Positions 1 to 12,520 of a stretch of 64,000 nt of DNA are shown here, piece by piece. The stretch is from an uncultured Planctomycetaceae bacterium (GTDB lineage Bacteria; Planctomycetota; Planctomycetia; Pirellulales; PALSA-1355). How positions within the stretch are numbered: the first letter of the stretch is position 1; each line of letters starts with the position of its first letter. The DNA is taken from NCBI GenBank assembly GCA_963785305.1, contig CAWAUV010000001.1:96001-160000 (forward strand), read 5' to 3'. Both the position numbers and the translations under genes were made by a program. The notes below the pieces were generated by a model that was given only the letters and a program-made list of their open reading frames with translations, was not told where the DNA came from and did no database searches.

Positions 1-54
1 CAAGGCGTCGCCGCCGGCATGCGCACGACCGGGTAGTCATCTCGCGTTGGAAAA

Positions 55-1642
55 TCAGGACTTTGCCAACACGGCGATCGCCCCCAGCGGAATGCCGACC
101 CAGTCGGGGCGATTGTTCAGTTCGTAGCGAAGTTCATAAACCGCCTTTTCCAGAATGAAGGCGTCCAGAAGCATCGAAACTTCCTCGGGAGTCGAGGGCA
201 CGAACGCCGCGCCGAGCGTCGCCTGCTCGTAGCCGGCGCGATAGGCCCCCGACACATACTCCAGCCACGGCTTGCCCCAAGCGGCAAGCAAGGCGCGATC
301 GCCCTCGGACCGATTCGCCAGCGCATCGTTGGTCGCCACCGCCAGGGCATAGTCAAACGACCGCAACATGCCGGCCACGTCTTTCAGCGGCGATTGCTTG
401 GCGCACCGCTCGTCGAGCGATCGCGCCGGCTCGCCCTCGAAATCCAAGATCGCGAAGTCGTGCCCGGTGAATAACACTTGGCCCAAGTGATAATCGCCGT
501 GGCAGCGAATCCTTTGACCCGAAAAAGGGTGAGCGGTGAGATGGTCGAATCGTTCGATCAGCTTCGCTTGCCCGGCCAATGCGGCGCGGCCGAGCGCCGC
601 GGCGTTTGCAGGCAAGCCGCCGATGCGATCGGCCAGCAAATTCAGCGTGTCGCGCAGCTCGCGCTTGCCGGATTCGGCCAGCGCGCGAGCGGCGGAGGCG
701 TCGAACGGCTCGGGTTTGAAATCGAGATCGAGCAAGTTATCCGCGAGCGCGGAGTGCATCTCGGCCGTGCGTCGACCGAGCAGCTTGGCGTCGGGCCCAT
801 ACGAGGCCACAAGCTGCCCGGCGAGCGCCAAGTTGTCAAGCGAAGCAGCCGTGGCGACGGGCGGCAATTGCGAGAAATAGGCATCGAGCTTCTTAAGCGT
901 ATGGGTCCACGCGTCGCCTTCGTTGGCGATCAGCGCCTGCAACACGGCGACGCTCGCCGGCGCCTCGGCCGGCGACGCATTCGCGGCCGATGGTTTCGCG
1001 GCCGATATTTCGGGGCCGCGATATTCAATCGTGCCCGCCACCGCGGGCGAATGCTTGAAACCGGCGCCATCGGTGAGCCAAACTCCGATCTCGACCTCGG
1101 GATTCGGCCCCGCGTCGAGTCGGCGAAATAGTTTTAAGATCAATCGATCGCCATAGATCACTGAAGTATTGCTTTGCTCGGCGCCGACCGCTCGGGCCGG
1201 GAGCGAAGCGGCGTCGCCCCGCAGAGTGGCAAAGTGCTTGCCGGGCGTTCCGATCAGCACTCCGCCGCGAGCCGTGGCCACGCTCTCGTTGCCCGCGATC
1301 ATGTCGAGCAACGTCGCGGCGAACCTCGCGTTGGCGAGTGGATCGCAGAGCACCACCGGCGAACCCGGTTGCAGTTCACATAACACGGCGCTCGACTCGG
1401 CTTCGGCAGCCGCGGGTCGCGGCCGAGGCCAGCGGCAGGCAATATCGCTCGCTGGGCCCACGGTCGAACATCACATCGACAATCGCGAGCACGCCCATCG
1501 GCAGCGAACAGGCGTCGGCTAATCGCACCCGGCGCACGGCGCGGGCCTTCGAGCGAAACCAGCGCTGCCGCGGCAACGCGTCGACCAACCGATTCTCGAC
1601 AATCGAGGTGAGCGACCCCAGATCGAGACGATGCGAGTCCAT
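55..1642 (-). CDS. mak: Maltokinase (Pep2/Mak family aminoglycoside-phosphotransferase-like kinase); frameshift near 1425
   Basis: N-terminus LPRQRWFRSKAR in ORF 1376..1642; AEQSNTSV, HGDYHLGQVL, ILDFEGEP and KAVYELRYELNNRPDW in ORF 55..1461; directly downstream of glgE. Confidence 0.85.
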
Positions 1643-1738
1643 GCAAATTCCTCCAGAATCCGCTCACGCGGAGCGAGGCTCGGGTTTGGGCGCCCGAATC
1701 ACGCGACGCGGGCATTGCATCGAGAAAGCCGGAACGTG

Positions 1739-3823
1739 TTATCCCTGCCGGACCAAGAACACGTGGCCCGATGCCAGACCCGGATCGAGTTCGACGAAAT
1801 TTCGCGAACCGCGCCACGTGAAACGGGCATCGGCCAACATGTCCCACATTTCGTAAGGTCGATCGCCGGCGATGCCCAGGCTATCGAGCGGCAGATCGAC
1901 GAAACCACGCTGGGTCGCATGGAAATCGAGGTTCACCACCACGACCACTAGGTTTCCGGTCCGCGCGTCGCGCTTGCTGTAGCAGAGCAGTTGGTCATTG
2001 GCGGCGTCGTGGAATCGCAAACTGCGATTGTCTTGCAGCGCGGGATTTTCGCGACGAATGCGATTGATCCTCGCGATCACGCTTCGCAAACTATCGGCTC
2101 GTTTCAAGTCCCAGAGGCGAATCTCGTATTTCTCCGAATCGAGATATTCCTCGCTGCCGGGCTTGAGCGGCAAGTGCTCTTGCAGTTCGTAAGCGGGTCC
2201 ATAGATGCCGTAGCTCGCGCCGAGCGTGGCGGCCAAGATCAGCCGCCCCACGAATGCCGGCCGGCCGCCATGTTGCAAATGCTCGGGCAAAATGTCGGGC
2301 GTGTTGGGCCAGAGATTCGGCCCAAAAAAATCGGCCACTTTGGTTTGCGTCAGTTCCGTGAAATACTCGACGAACTCTTGCCGGCCGTTGCGCCAAGTGA
2401 AATAAGTGTACGACTGCGTGAAGCCCAATTTGGCGAGGCGATACATGATTTTGGGCCGGGTGAACGCCTCGGAGAGAAAGATCGTCTCCGGAAAGCGCCG
2501 CTTCACGTCGGTGATCGTCGCCTCCCAAAACGGAAACGGCTTCGTGTGCGGGTTGTCGACGCGAAACACGCGCACGCCCTGCTCGCACCAATACTCGAAC
2601 ACCCCGCGCAGCTCTTCCCACTGCGATTGCCAATCATCGGTCTCGAAATCGAACGGGTAGATGTCTTGATATTTCTTCGGCGGGTTCTCGGCGTATTGAA
2701 TCGTGCCATCGGGCCGGGCGCGAAACCAACTAGGATGCTCGGTCACATAGGGGTGGTCGGGCGAACATTGAAACGCGATATCGAGCGCCACATCGATACC
2801 GCGTTGCCGGGCCTGCGTCACGAGATCGCGAAAATCGGAGAGCGAGCCCAATTGCGGATGGATCGCTTTGTGTCCTCCCTCGGCGGCGCCGATTGCCCAG
2901 GGACTGCCGGGCTCGCCGGGTTGGGCCACGAGCGAGTTGTTTTTTCCCTTGCGATATGCCGCGCCAATCGGATGAATCGGCGGCAAATACAAGACATCGA
3001 AGCCCAATTCGGCCACATAGGGCAACCGCGCGATCAGGTCGCGAAATGTGCCGTGTCCGCCGGGCTGCGAGGTGGTCGAGCGCGGAAACATTTCGTACCA
3101 AGCGCTGAATCGAGCCCGCTCCCGATCCACCACCACGGCAAGCGTCGTCGAGCGCGTGGCGAGCCCGCGATCGGGATAGCGATCCACGAGCGCGGCCAGA
3201 GCATCGGACTCGCCGCCCGCGGCGCGGGCGGCGGCGCCCGGCTCGTCGCGGAGCGCGGCGGCCCAGCCGCGGAGTTGGGCGGCGTCGCCGCTGGAGTCGC
3301 TCGGGGAAGGGTTGGCGCCCGTTGGCGCCGCGGCGGCCGCCGAGGTCCTGGCGAACACCGCTTCGCCGGCCGACGCCAGGAAGGGAAAGGGACCGCATTT
3401 TGCCAGCGTGTCTTCGGCGCGCTTCGCGGCGGCGTCGAGCAGCCGCGCGCCGATTTCAAGTTCGACCGCCACATCCTGCCCAGCCGCGATTCGCTTTTTC
3501 AAATCGCGATGCCAGGAGCGGAAATGATCGATCCAGCCCTCGAATGCATATTCGAAGCGGTCGACGTCGGCGAGCATCAGCCGGGCGGTCCAACCGTCGT
3601 TGCCCGTGGGACGCAGTTCCACGGCTCTCCAGGGACCGTCGCCCGCCGGTCGCCAGTGAAGCACGGCTCGCACTTCATCGTGACCATCGGTGAAAATGTC
3701 GACGCGCACATCGAGCCGCTCGCCCGCGATGCGTTTTAGGGCAAAGCGACCGCCATCGACCACCGGCTCCATGTTCTCGATAACGACGCGCGAGCGGCCC
3801 GCGGCCCGATCAAAGTGCGACAT
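1739..3823 (-). CDS. glgE: Alpha-1,4-glucan:maltose-1-phosphate maltosyltransferase (GH13_3)
   Basis: WYEMFPRS, YLPPIHPIG, AENPPKKYQDIYP, FRVDNPHTKP, FLSEAFTRP, NTPDIL, EEYLDSEKYE; start taken at MSHFD (3823). Confidence 0.95.
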   Translation of the reverse strand: MSHFDRAAGRSRVVIENMEPVVDGGRFALKRIAGERLDVRVDIFTDGHDEVRAVLHWRPAGDGPWRAVELRPTGNDGWTARLMLADVDRFEYAFEGWIDHFRSWHRDLKKRIAAGQDVAVELEIGARLLDAAAKRAEDTLAKCGPFPFLASAGEAVFARTSAAAAAPTGANPSPSDSSGDAAQLRGWAAALRDEPGAAARAAGGESDALAALVDRYPDRGLATRSTTLAVVVDRERARFSAWYEMFPRSTTSQPGGHGTFRDLIARLPYVAELGFDVLYLPPIHPIGAAYRKGKNNSLVAQPGEPGSPWAIGAAEGGHKAIHPQLGSLSDFRDLVTQARQRGIDVALDIAFQCSPDHPYVTEHPSWFRARPDGTIQYAENPPKKYQDIYPFDFETDDWQSQWEELRGVFEYWCEQGVRVFRVDNPHTKPFPFWEATITDVKRRFPETIFLSEAFTRPKIMYRLAKLGFTQSYTYFTWRNGRQEFVEYFTELTQTKVADFFGPNLWPNTPDILPEHLQHGGRPAFVGRLILAATLGASYGIYGPAYELQEHLPLKPGSEEYLDSEKYEIRLWDLKRADSLRSVIARINRIRRENPALQDNRSLRFHDAANDQLLCYSKRDARTGNLVVVVVNLDFHATQRGFVDLPLDSLGIAGDRPYEMWDMLADARFTWRGSRNFVELDPGLASGHVFLVRQG

Positions 3824-4022
3824 CCAGGGTGACTTTCGGGAGTTTTCCAAAGTGCTGCGCGAGATTGGAATCGACGCGGTGGATTTCACACGCGCCGAGC
3901 GCATAATGGCGAGCGCGGATACTATCGTAGAGGAATCGGGCGATGGCGAAAAGTGCTGAACTCCCCGGGCGGCTTGGCCAACGGTTTCGCGGAAAAAACC
4001 ATCAAAACAGAAAGCTTTCACG

Positions 4023-4382
4023 ATGCAGCCGAAGAATTACCCGCCGCGGACGCCGCTGAGTTTCATGCTCGTGATGGGCTTTTTGTTTTTGCTGGCCATC
4101 GCCGCGCCGGTCGCGTGGTTTTGCCGCGAGCTGCTGAATTTTCGCGCGGCGCGCCCAACGCCGCGGAGCCAGATCGCCCCGCGCCCGGCAAACCGGCCAT
4201 CGCGGCGCCCGCCGACACATCGAATCGCGCCCCAGGTCGATGAGTCCGCGCGCGACACACCCGCGGATATTCCCGTGGCGACGCCGGCGCGATTCAAATC
4301 CCCTCGGGCACGGACTTGTCGTGGCGACGATGGGCGAACCAGAGCCGGATGCGGTCGAGATACAAATATACGATTGGAGTAG
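4023..4382 (+). CDS. Possible small single-pass membrane protein; true 3' end uncertain
   Basis: ATG start, hydrophobic stretch FMLVMGFLFLLAIAAPVAWF, fills the gap between glgE and mdtC; its 3' part overlaps the mdtC end. Confidence 0.3.
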   Translation: MQPKNYPPRTPLSFMLVMGFLFLLAIAAPVAWFCRELLNFRAARPTPRSQIAPRPANRPSRRPPTHRIAPQVDESARDTPADIPVATPARFKSPRARTCRGDDGRTRAGCGRDTNIRLE

Positions 4383-7300
4383 TGTAGAGGGTGAGCATTT
4401 GGCTGAAGATCAGTCCCCCGCAGATGGCGATACCCATCGGGCGTCGCAATTCGGCGCCCACTCCGGAGCCGACTGCCAGCGGCACCGCGCCCAAGAGGGC
4501 CGCCATGGTGGTCATGGTGATCGGGCGGAATCGGAGCACGCAGGCTTCATAGATCGCGTCGTGCGATGACTTGCCGCCGTTGCGTTCGGCTTCGAGAGCA
4601 AAGTCGATCATCATAATCGCGTTTTTCTTCACGATGCCGATCAGCAGAATAATGCCGATCAGCGCCATGACATTCAGCTCGCCGCGCGTGTAGATCAGGG
4701 CCAGCAGGCGTCCGACCCCGGCCGAAGGCAGGGTCGAGAGAATCGTGATTGGGTGGATATAACTTTCGTACAGCACGCCGAGCACGATATACACGCTAAC
4801 GAGCGCCGCCAGAATCAGCCACGGCTGGTTGCCGAGCGAATTTTGAAAGGCTTGGGCAGTGCCGGAAAAACTGCCGTGAATTCCGGCCGGCATCCCCATG
4901 CTCAATTGCATGTCCTCGATCCGGTTCACGGCGTCGCCCAGCGACACGCCCGGCTCGAGATTGAAGGAAATGGTCACCGAGGGAAATAGTCCGGTGTGAT
5001 TCACGACCAAGGGCGTCGACCCGGCGGAATAGCGCGTGATTTCGGTGATCGGCACCTGCATATTGTCGCGCCCGCGCACGTAGACTTGCCGCAGCGCCGT
5101 GGGATCCTTGCGAAACTCGGGCTCGACCTCGAGCACCACATGGTACTGATTGAGCGGCATATACATGGTCGACACCTGCCGCTGGCCGAAGGCGTCGTAG
5201 AGCGTGTCGTCGATCGCTTGGGAATTGATTCCGAGAATCGCCGCCGTGCGCCGATCGATCTCCAAGCCAGCCGCGAGCCCGCGATTCTGCTGGTTCGTGT
5301 CGACATCCACTAGGCCGGGCAATTTGCGCATTGCCACAAGCAGCTTGGGCCCCCAGACCTTGAGGTCCTCGAGACTGTCGCTCTGGATCGTGTAGTCGAA
5401 TTGAGCTGGGCTGGCGCGAGCGCCGACGCGCAAGTCCTGCACGCCCTGGAGCGACAAGAACCCGCCGGGAATTTTCGCCAGCTTGGGCCGAAGGCCCTTG
5501 ATCACTTCGTCGACGCTCACATGCCGGCGGCCCAGCACCGGGTCGTCGATCATTTCCCGTTCCTCGAGCGGCTTGAGGGTGACGAACATGCGGGCCTGAT
5601 TCGAAGCGCCGCTGGTCCCGCCGGTCGACGCCGAGAGGCACACGACATTGGGATCGGCGCACATCACGGCGGCGAACCGCTTGAGCATGCCTTCCATGGC
5701 GGTGTAGGAGATGTTCTGATCGGCCTTCACCATGCCGATCATGCGGCCGGTGTCCTGCTGCGGGAAAAACCCCTTGGGCACGATCACATACAGATAGCCG
5801 GTGCCGACGATCGTGCCGATCGTGACCAGGAGCGTGATAAAACGATGCTTGAGCACGCCGCGCAACGTCCAGGAATAAAAGGCGAGAATCAGGTCGAATA
5901 CGCGTTCGCTGGCGTTATACATCCAACCGTGGCGCTGGTCGCCGTGTCGCTTGAGCAGGTAGGCGCACATCATGGGCGTGGTGGTGAGCGAAATAATCAT
6001 CGAAACTAAAATCGCCACCGAAAGCGTCACGGCAAATTCGCGAAATAGCCGGCCCACGAGCCCGTTCATGAGCAAAATTGGAATAAACACCGCCACCAGC
6101 GAGACGCTGATCGAGAGCACGGTGAAGCCGATTTCCTTGGCGCCCAGCATCGCGGCGGCCATGGGGTCCATGTCGGCTTCGAGATGCCGACTGATATTTT
6201 CCACCACCACGATCGCGTCATCGACCACGAAGCCGGTGGCGATCGTCGAGCGCCATGAGCGACAGGTTGTTGACGCTGTAGCCGCAGAGGAACATCACGC
6301 CGAAGGTGCCGATCAGAGACACCGGCACGGCCACGCTGGGAATGAATGTCGCCCGCGCATTGCGCAGGAAGATGAACACCACGAGCACGACCAGCCCGAT
6401 CGAAAGCAAGAGCGTGAATTGCACGTCCTCGACACTGGCGCGGATCGTCGTGGTGCGGTCGAGCACCACGGTCAGATCGATATCGGTCGGAATCGCGGCT
6501 TCGAGCCGCGGCAAAAGATCGCGAACGCGATCGACGGTTTCGATGATGTTCGCGCTCGGCTGGCGGAAGATAATGATCGACACCGCCGGCTCGGAGTTGT
6601 AGATGCCCTTGGCCAGGATGTCTTCCATGTCGTCGGTCAGGTGGGCGATCGTTTTCAGTCGCACCGGCGCGCCGTTTTTATAGGCCACGATCAGCGGCTC
6701 ATATTCCGCGGCCTTGAGCAGTTGATCGGTCGTGGAGAGGGTCCAGGTCTTGTCGGCGCCCGAGATTTGGCCCTTCGGTTGATTGGCGTTGGCCGTGGCC
6801 AGCGCCGCGCGCACGTCCTCGAGGCCCATGCCATAGTGGTTGAGCTCCGTGGGGTTGACATCGATCCGCACCGCGGGCGGAGCGCCGCCACCGACAAGCA
6901 CCATGCCCACGCCGCGCGTTTGCGAAAGCTTTTGCTGCAAGATCGTGGTGGCGGCGTCGTAGATGCGGGCCTTGGGAATCGTCTTGCTGGTGAGGGCGAG
7001 AATGAGAATCGGCGCGTCGGCTGGGTTGTATTTTCGCCAGGTCGGATTGCTCGGCAGGTTCGCGGGCAATTGACCCCGCGCGGCGGCGATGGCGGCTTGC
7101 ACATCGCGGGCCGCGGCGTCGATGTTGCGATTCAGATCGAACATGATCGCGATCGTCGTCGAACCGAGATAGCTGGTCGAGGTCATTTCGGCGATGCCGG
7201 CGATGCGGCTGAACTGTCGTTCGAGCGGCGTGGCCACGGCCGAAGCCATCGTCTCGGGGCTCGCGCCGGGCAGCGCGGCATTGACATTGATCGACGGATA

Positions 7301-7423
7301 ATCCACCTGCGGCAGCGGCGACACCGGCAGGAGACAATAGCCGATCGCTCCGGCGAGGATGATGGCCACGGTGAGGAGCGTGGTGCCGCAAGGCCGCTGG
7401 ATGAAAGGGCTCGATAGACTCAT
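4294..7423 (-). CDS. mdtC: RND efflux permease, MdtC-like; frameshift near 6235-6250
   Basis: [59 protein letters not shown]; split over ORFs 6218..7423 and 4294..6228; start overlaps mdtB stop. Confidence 0.9.
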
Positions 7424-10400
7424 ATCCCCTCCGCCCGCGGCCGATGGCTCTCTCCGGCGGCCGCGCTGCCGGCGCGGCCGCCAAATCGCTTGGCCACGCG
7501 ATCAAAGGCCAGATAGATCACCGGCGTCGTGTAGAGCGTGAGCACTTGACTGAAGATCAGGCCGCCGATGATCGTGATGCCGAGGGGCCGCCGCATTTCC
7601 GAGCCCACGCCCGCGCCAAAGGCGAGCGGCACCGCGCCCAAGAGCGCGGCCATCGTGGTCATCATGATCGGGCGAAACCGGAGCAAGCAAGCTTCGTGGA
7701 TCGCTTCGCGCGGCGAGAGTCCTTCGTTGCGCTCGGCCTCGAGCGCGAAGTCGATCATCATGATCGCGTTTTTCTTCACGATGCCAATGAGCAAAATGAT
7801 TCCGATCAGCCCGATGACGCTCAAATCGGTATCGCAGATGAGCAGGGCCAAAAACGCGCCCACGCCGGCCGAGGGCAGCGTCGAGAGAATCGTGATCGGA
7901 TGAATGTAGCTCTCATAAAGCACGCCGAGCACGATATACACCGTGACCAGCGCCGCCAGAATCAGGAGCGTGGTGTTCTTGAGCGAGGCTTCGAACGCCT
8001 TGGCCGTGCCCTGGAAACTGGCCGCGATGCTTTCGGGCAATTGCAAGTCGCGTTTCACTTGGTTGACCGCTTCCACGGCCTGCCCGAGCGAGACTCCCGG
8101 CGCCAGATTGAACGACACCGTGGCCACGGGAAACTGCCCTTGGTGATTCACCGCCAGCGGGCTCGTCGTTTCCTCGATTCGGGTAAACGCGCTGAGCGGC
8201 ACTTTGCCGGCCTTCGCCGTGTTGACATAAATATCTTGAATGTCGGCCGGTCGTTGGCGAAACTCCGGCTTCACCTCGAGCACTAGCCGGTATTGATTCG
8301 ACTGCGTGAACATGATCGAGATTTGACGCTGGCCGAACGCGTCGTAGAGCGTGTCGTCGATCATTTGCGGAGTGACACCCAGCCGCGAGGCCGAATCACG
8401 GTCGATGACCACTCGAATCGCGAGCCCGTTGTTTTGCTGGTCGCTGGCCACGTCGCGGAGCTCGGGCCGCTGCTTGAGCATTTCCACCATGCGCGGGGCC
8501 CACTCGGCGAGCTCTTTCGAGCTGGGATCCTCGAGCGTGAACTGATACTGGGTGCGGCTGACCTTGGTTTCGATCGTGAGGTCTTGCACCGGCTGCATGA
8601 AAAGCACGATGCCCTCGACCGCGTGAAGCCGCTTTTGCAGCAAGCGAATCACCTCGACGGCCGATTCGCTCCGCTCTTCGAGCGGCTTGAGGTTGATCTG
8701 GATTCGGCCGCTGTTGATGGTGGTGTTGATGCCATCAATGCCGATGAAGCTCGAGAGGCTCTCGACCGACGGCTCTTCGAGAATCACTTTGTCGAGCGAC
8801 TGCTGCAAGCGCGACATCGCCTCGAAGCTCGTGGTTTGCGGCGCTTCCGAAATCCCCAGGATCACGCCGGTGTCTTGCACCGGAAAAAAACCTTTCGGCA
8901 CGATCTCGAAGAGAAAGCCGGTGGCCACGAGCGTGAGGACCGCCACCACCAGCGTGAGCGGTTGATTTCGCAGCACCACGTTCAAGGTCTTGCCATACCA
9001 GCGAATCACGAGCTCGAAACCTTGTTCCGAAAGTCGATAGAGCCAGCCCTGCGATTCGCCATGATGCCGCAATATCTTGGCGCACATCATCGGCGTGAGC
9101 GTGAGCGACACGATCGCCGAGAGCACGATCGTCACGCTCAACGTCACCGCGAATTCGCGGAACAGCCGACCCACGATATCGCCCATGAACAAGAGCGGAA
9201 TCAGCACCGCGATCAGCGACACGCTCAGCGACACGATCGTGAAGCCGATTTCGCCCGAACCCTTGAGCGCCGCCTCGAGCGGGCTCATGCCGCCTTCGAT
9301 ATAGCGGGCAATGTTCTCGACCATCACGATCGCGTCGTCGACCACGAAGCCGGTCGAGATCGTGAGGGCCATCAGCGTGAGATTGTTGAGGCTGTAGCCC
9401 AGGAGATACATGATCGCGAAGGCGCCGATCAGCGACAGCGGCACGGCCACGCTCGGAATCACGGTGGCCGCCAGATTGCGTAGAAACACGAAGATCACGG
9501 CCACGACCAGCCCGATCGTGAGCACGAGCTCGAACTGCACATCCTCGACCGACGCGCGAATCGTAACCGTTCGGTCGGTGAGCACCGTGATATGAATCGC
9601 CGGCGGAAGCGAACTTTCGATTTGCGTGAGCAGTCCCTTGATGCGTTCGACGACATCGATGATGTTGGCGCCCGGCTGCCGCTGGATATTCACGATCACC
9701 GCCGGCGAATCATTCATCCACGCCGCTTGGCGCTGGTCTTCGATTCCGTCGGTCACCGCCGCCACGTCGGAGAGCAGCACCGGAGCGCCGTTGCGATAGG
9801 CGATAATCAGCTTGCGGTACTGATCGCTCGTGAGCACTTGATCGTTGGCCCCGATGACGAACGATTGCCGCGAGCCGTCGAAGCTGCCCTTGGCCTGATT
9901 CACGTTCCACTGGATGAGCGCGCTCCGCAGGTCCTCGAGGCTCATGCCCAGGCCCGAGAGCGCCGTGGGATTGGCCTGCACCCGAATCGCCGGCTTCTGG
10001 CCACCGCTGATGCTCACGAGTCCGACACCCGAAAGCTGCGATATTTTTTGGGCCAGCCGCGTGTCGGCGAAATCCTCGACTTTGCTCAGCGGCAAGGTGG
10101 CGCTCGAGAGCGCGAGGGTGATGATCGGCGTGTCGGCCGGATTCGACTTATTGTAGATCGGCGGGCGCGGCAGGTCCTTGGGCAAGAACGTGGTCGCGGC
10201 GTTGATCGCGGCCTGTACCTGTTGCTCGGCCACGTCGATGTTGAGCTCGAGAATGAACTGGAGCGTGATCACCGAGCTGCCGGCCGAACTGGCCGATGTC
10301 ATTTGCGCCAGACCCGGCACTTGGCCGAACTGCCGCTCAAGCGGCGCGGTCACGCTCGACGCCATCACCTCGGGGCTGCCGCCCGGATAAAACGTGATGA

Positions 10401-10539
10401 CTTGGATCGTGGGATAATCGACCTGGGGCAAGGCCGAGACCGGCAGTTGGTAATAGGCCACGCCGCCCACGAGCAAGAGCGCGACCATGAGCAGCACGGT
10501 CGCGACCGGCCGCAAGATAAAAGGCCGGGAAAGGCTCAT
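7420..10539 (-). CDS. mdtB: RND efflux permease, MdtB-like
   Basis: Intact 1039 aa; [44 protein letters not shown]. Confidence 0.95.
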   Translation of the reverse strand: MSLSRPFILRPVATVLLMVALLLVGGVAYYQLPVSALPQVDYPTIQVITFYPGGSPEVMASSVTAPLERQFGQVPGLAQMTSASSAGSSVITLQFILELNIDVAEQQVQAAINAATTFLPKDLPRPPIYNKSNPADTPIITLALSSATLPLSKVEDFADTRLAQKISQLSGVGLVSISGGQKPAIRVQANPTALSGLGMSLEDLRSALIQWNVNQAKGSFDGSRQSFVIGANDQVLTSDQYRKLIIAYRNGAPVLLSDVAAVTDGIEDQRQAAWMNDSPAVIVNIQRQPGANIIDVVERIKGLLTQIESSLPPAIHITVLTDRTVTIRASVEDVQFELVLTIGLVVAVIFVFLRNLAATVIPSVAVPLSLIGAFAIMYLLGYSLNNLTLMALTISTGFVVDDAIVMVENIARYIEGGMSPLEAALKGSGEIGFTIVSLSVSLIAVLIPLLFMGDIVGRLFREFAVTLSVTIVLSAIVSLTLTPMMCAKILRHHGESQGWLYRLSEQGFELVIRWYGKTLNVVLRNQPLTLVVAVLTLVATGFLFEIVPKGFFPVQDTGVILGISEAPQTTSFEAMSRLQQSLDKVILEEPSVESLSSFIGIDGINTTINSGRIQINLKPLEERSESAVEVIRLLQKRLHAVEGIVLFMQPVQDLTIETKVSRTQYQFTLEDPSSKELAEWAPRMVEMLKQRPELRDVASDQQNNGLAIRVVIDRDSASRLGVTPQMIDDTLYDAFGQRQISIMFTQSNQYRLVLEVKPEFRQRPADIQDIYVNTAKAGKVPLSAFTRIEETTSPLAVNHQGQFPVATVSFNLAPGVSLGQAVEAVNQVKRDLQLPESIAASFQGTAKAFEASLKNTTLLILAALVTVYIVLGVLYESYIHPITILSTLPSAGVGAFLALLICDTDLSVIGLIGIILLIGIVKKNAIMMIDFALEAERNEGLSPREAIHEACLLRFRPIMMTTMAALLGAVPLAFGAGVGSEMRRPLGITIIGGLIFSQVLTLYTTPVIYLAFDRVAKRFGGRAGSAAAGESHRPRAEGI

Positions 10540-12139
10540 TCAGCCCTCCGCGCTCCCAGGCCCGGGGCCCCATCGATCTCGGAAGCCGGGGCGCGAGTCT
10601 CGGCTTCGGCCTTGGCGGCCGACTTCGCGCGCGGGCCGGCCTTTGCCGTGTGCGCGGCGGGCGCTCCGTCCGAATCGACCTCGGCCACGGCCGAGGCCTT
10701 TCGTTCCTTGCCGGGCGGAGGAGCATTGCGATCGCGGGCCACCACTTTCGCGCCGGGTTGAAGTTTGTCCACGCCGTCGATTACCACCACATCGCCGGGC
10801 GCCAATCCGCTTTCGATCACGCACTCATCGCCCTCGGCCGGCCCCACGACCACCGTGCGGAGCGCCACCTTTTCCACCTTGGGGTCCTTTTCGTCGTGGA
10901 CCACGACATAGGCATAGGTCGAATCGGGTCCGCGCTGCACGGCGGCGACCGGCGCGAGCACCGCGTCGCGGCGCACCTCGAGCCGCAATCGCGCGTTGAC
11001 GAACTGGTTGGGAAACAGCATGTTGTCCTTGTTCGGAAAGATCGCTTTCAGCTTCACGGTGCCGGTCGTGGTGTCCACCTGATTGTCGAGCGCCATGAGA
11101 TCGCCGCTCGCGAGCTTGGTGGTCATGTCGCGATCGTAGGCGTCGACCGCGAGCTTCGCTCCGGAGTTGAGCCGCTCTTGCACCCGGCCGATATCGTCTT
11201 GCGGAATCGTGAAGACGAGCGTGATCGGCTGCAGTTGCGTGATCACGGCCAAGCCGGTCATGTCGCTGGCATGCACGATATTGCCCGGATCGACCATGCG
11301 CAGGCCAATCCGCCCGCTGATCGGAGCGGTAATGCGGCAATAGTGCATTTGCAGCTTGGCGTTGTCGATCATGCCGATATCCGTGCGGATGGCGCCTTCG
11401 CTTTGTTGGACCAGGGCCACTTGGCCATCGAGCTGCGACTGGGTGATCGACTTGCTGGCGATCATTTGATTGAAACGTTCGAGGTCGAGCTTGGCCACTT
11501 TGAGCGAAGCCCGATCCCGCAACAACGCGCCCTCGGCTTGATCGAGCTGCACCTGAAAGGGCCGCGAGTCGATCTCGGCCAACAGATCGCCCTGCTTGAC
11601 CATTTGGCCCTCGGCGAAGTGGATCTTTTGAAGCTCGCCATCGACCCGGCAGCGGAGCGTCACCGTGTAGAGCGCGGTGACGGAGCCCAGGCCATTGATC
11701 ACCAGATTCATGTCACCCTGCGCACGACCGCGCTCACGACGGGCGTGATCCGCTTGGGCGGCGCCGCGACATGGCTGTCGCGATGCATGAGCTTTTCGAT
11801 CGCTTCTTTCGTGAGCAGGCCATGGGTGTATGCGTAGTAAACGCCGCCCAAGAGCCCCGCGATCAAAACGGTTTGCGTGAGCATGCCGAGCCACGAACGG
11901 CCCTGCTTGGGCGGCGCCGGACGACGCAAAGCCGGGTCCGCCAGCGATGTGTTTTGCAGCGGCCCCGGCGCGGGAGGCGAACCGTGGGCGGGCGCCTTGG
12001 GTCGCGGCGCGTGGGCGCCCGGCGCAACGCCAGGCAGCGGCGCGGTCCCAGGCAGCGGCGCGACGCCCGGCGCCGGCGATGTGGCGCCGGACGACGACGA
12101 TGCGATTTTCTCGGGCGATGGAATCGTTTTCGATGTCAC
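10536..12139 (-). CDS. mdtA: RND membrane fusion protein, MdtA-like; frameshift near 11715
   Basis: N-terminal TM in ORF 11708..12139; [33 protein letters not shown] and [15 protein letters not shown] in ORF 10536..11894. Confidence 0.9.
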
Positions 12140-12211
12140 CGGCGGAAAATCCTCAGGAGGGATCGATAATCGGTTGGGGCGCCATTCGGCGAAAGCGAGC
12201 TCGTCGCCCTG

Positions 12212-12286
12212 GAGTCTATCCGACCCCCCCTCTCATCATTGGGGAGAGGGCAGGGTGACGACTCGCGGAAGTTCTCGGATAGGCTC
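12212..12286. mobile_element. ~75 bp MITE/REP-like element, copy 1
   Basis: Terminal inverted repeats GAGTCTATCCGA...TCGGATAGGCTC around a CCCCTCTC...GGGGAGAGGG.AGGGTGA core; homologous to 43077..43153. Confidence 0.75.
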
Positions 12287-12322
12287 TTATTGCTATTATT
12301 TACGTTACGAACGCATTTAACC

Positions 12323-12340
12323 CTATGCCGATCGGCATAG
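12323..12340. promoter_or_regulatory. Perfect 18-bp palindrome in a divergent promoter region (candidate operator)
   Basis: CTATGCCGATCGGCATAG equals its own reverse complement; lies beside an AT-rich tract between mdtA and the sensor kinase. Confidence 0.4.
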
Positions 12341-12520
12341 CGAGAGCGCCTTGGCCGCCGCGAATCCGCTTTTCAATTCTAGCAAATGAGCCGTATATTG
12401 CGCGAATGGGGGAAATACCCGGCAAAGCCGACGCCGGAGTCGCCCCAATCAGAGCCCGTGCCCGACGGTTCGCGGAGCGACTTTCAGGAATGCCGAACCG
12501 ATTCGCGACGAGACCTTTTC

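Noticed and set aside
4294..10539. Long near-duplicated DNA segments
   Set aside because: Ordinary mdtB/mdtC paralogy.
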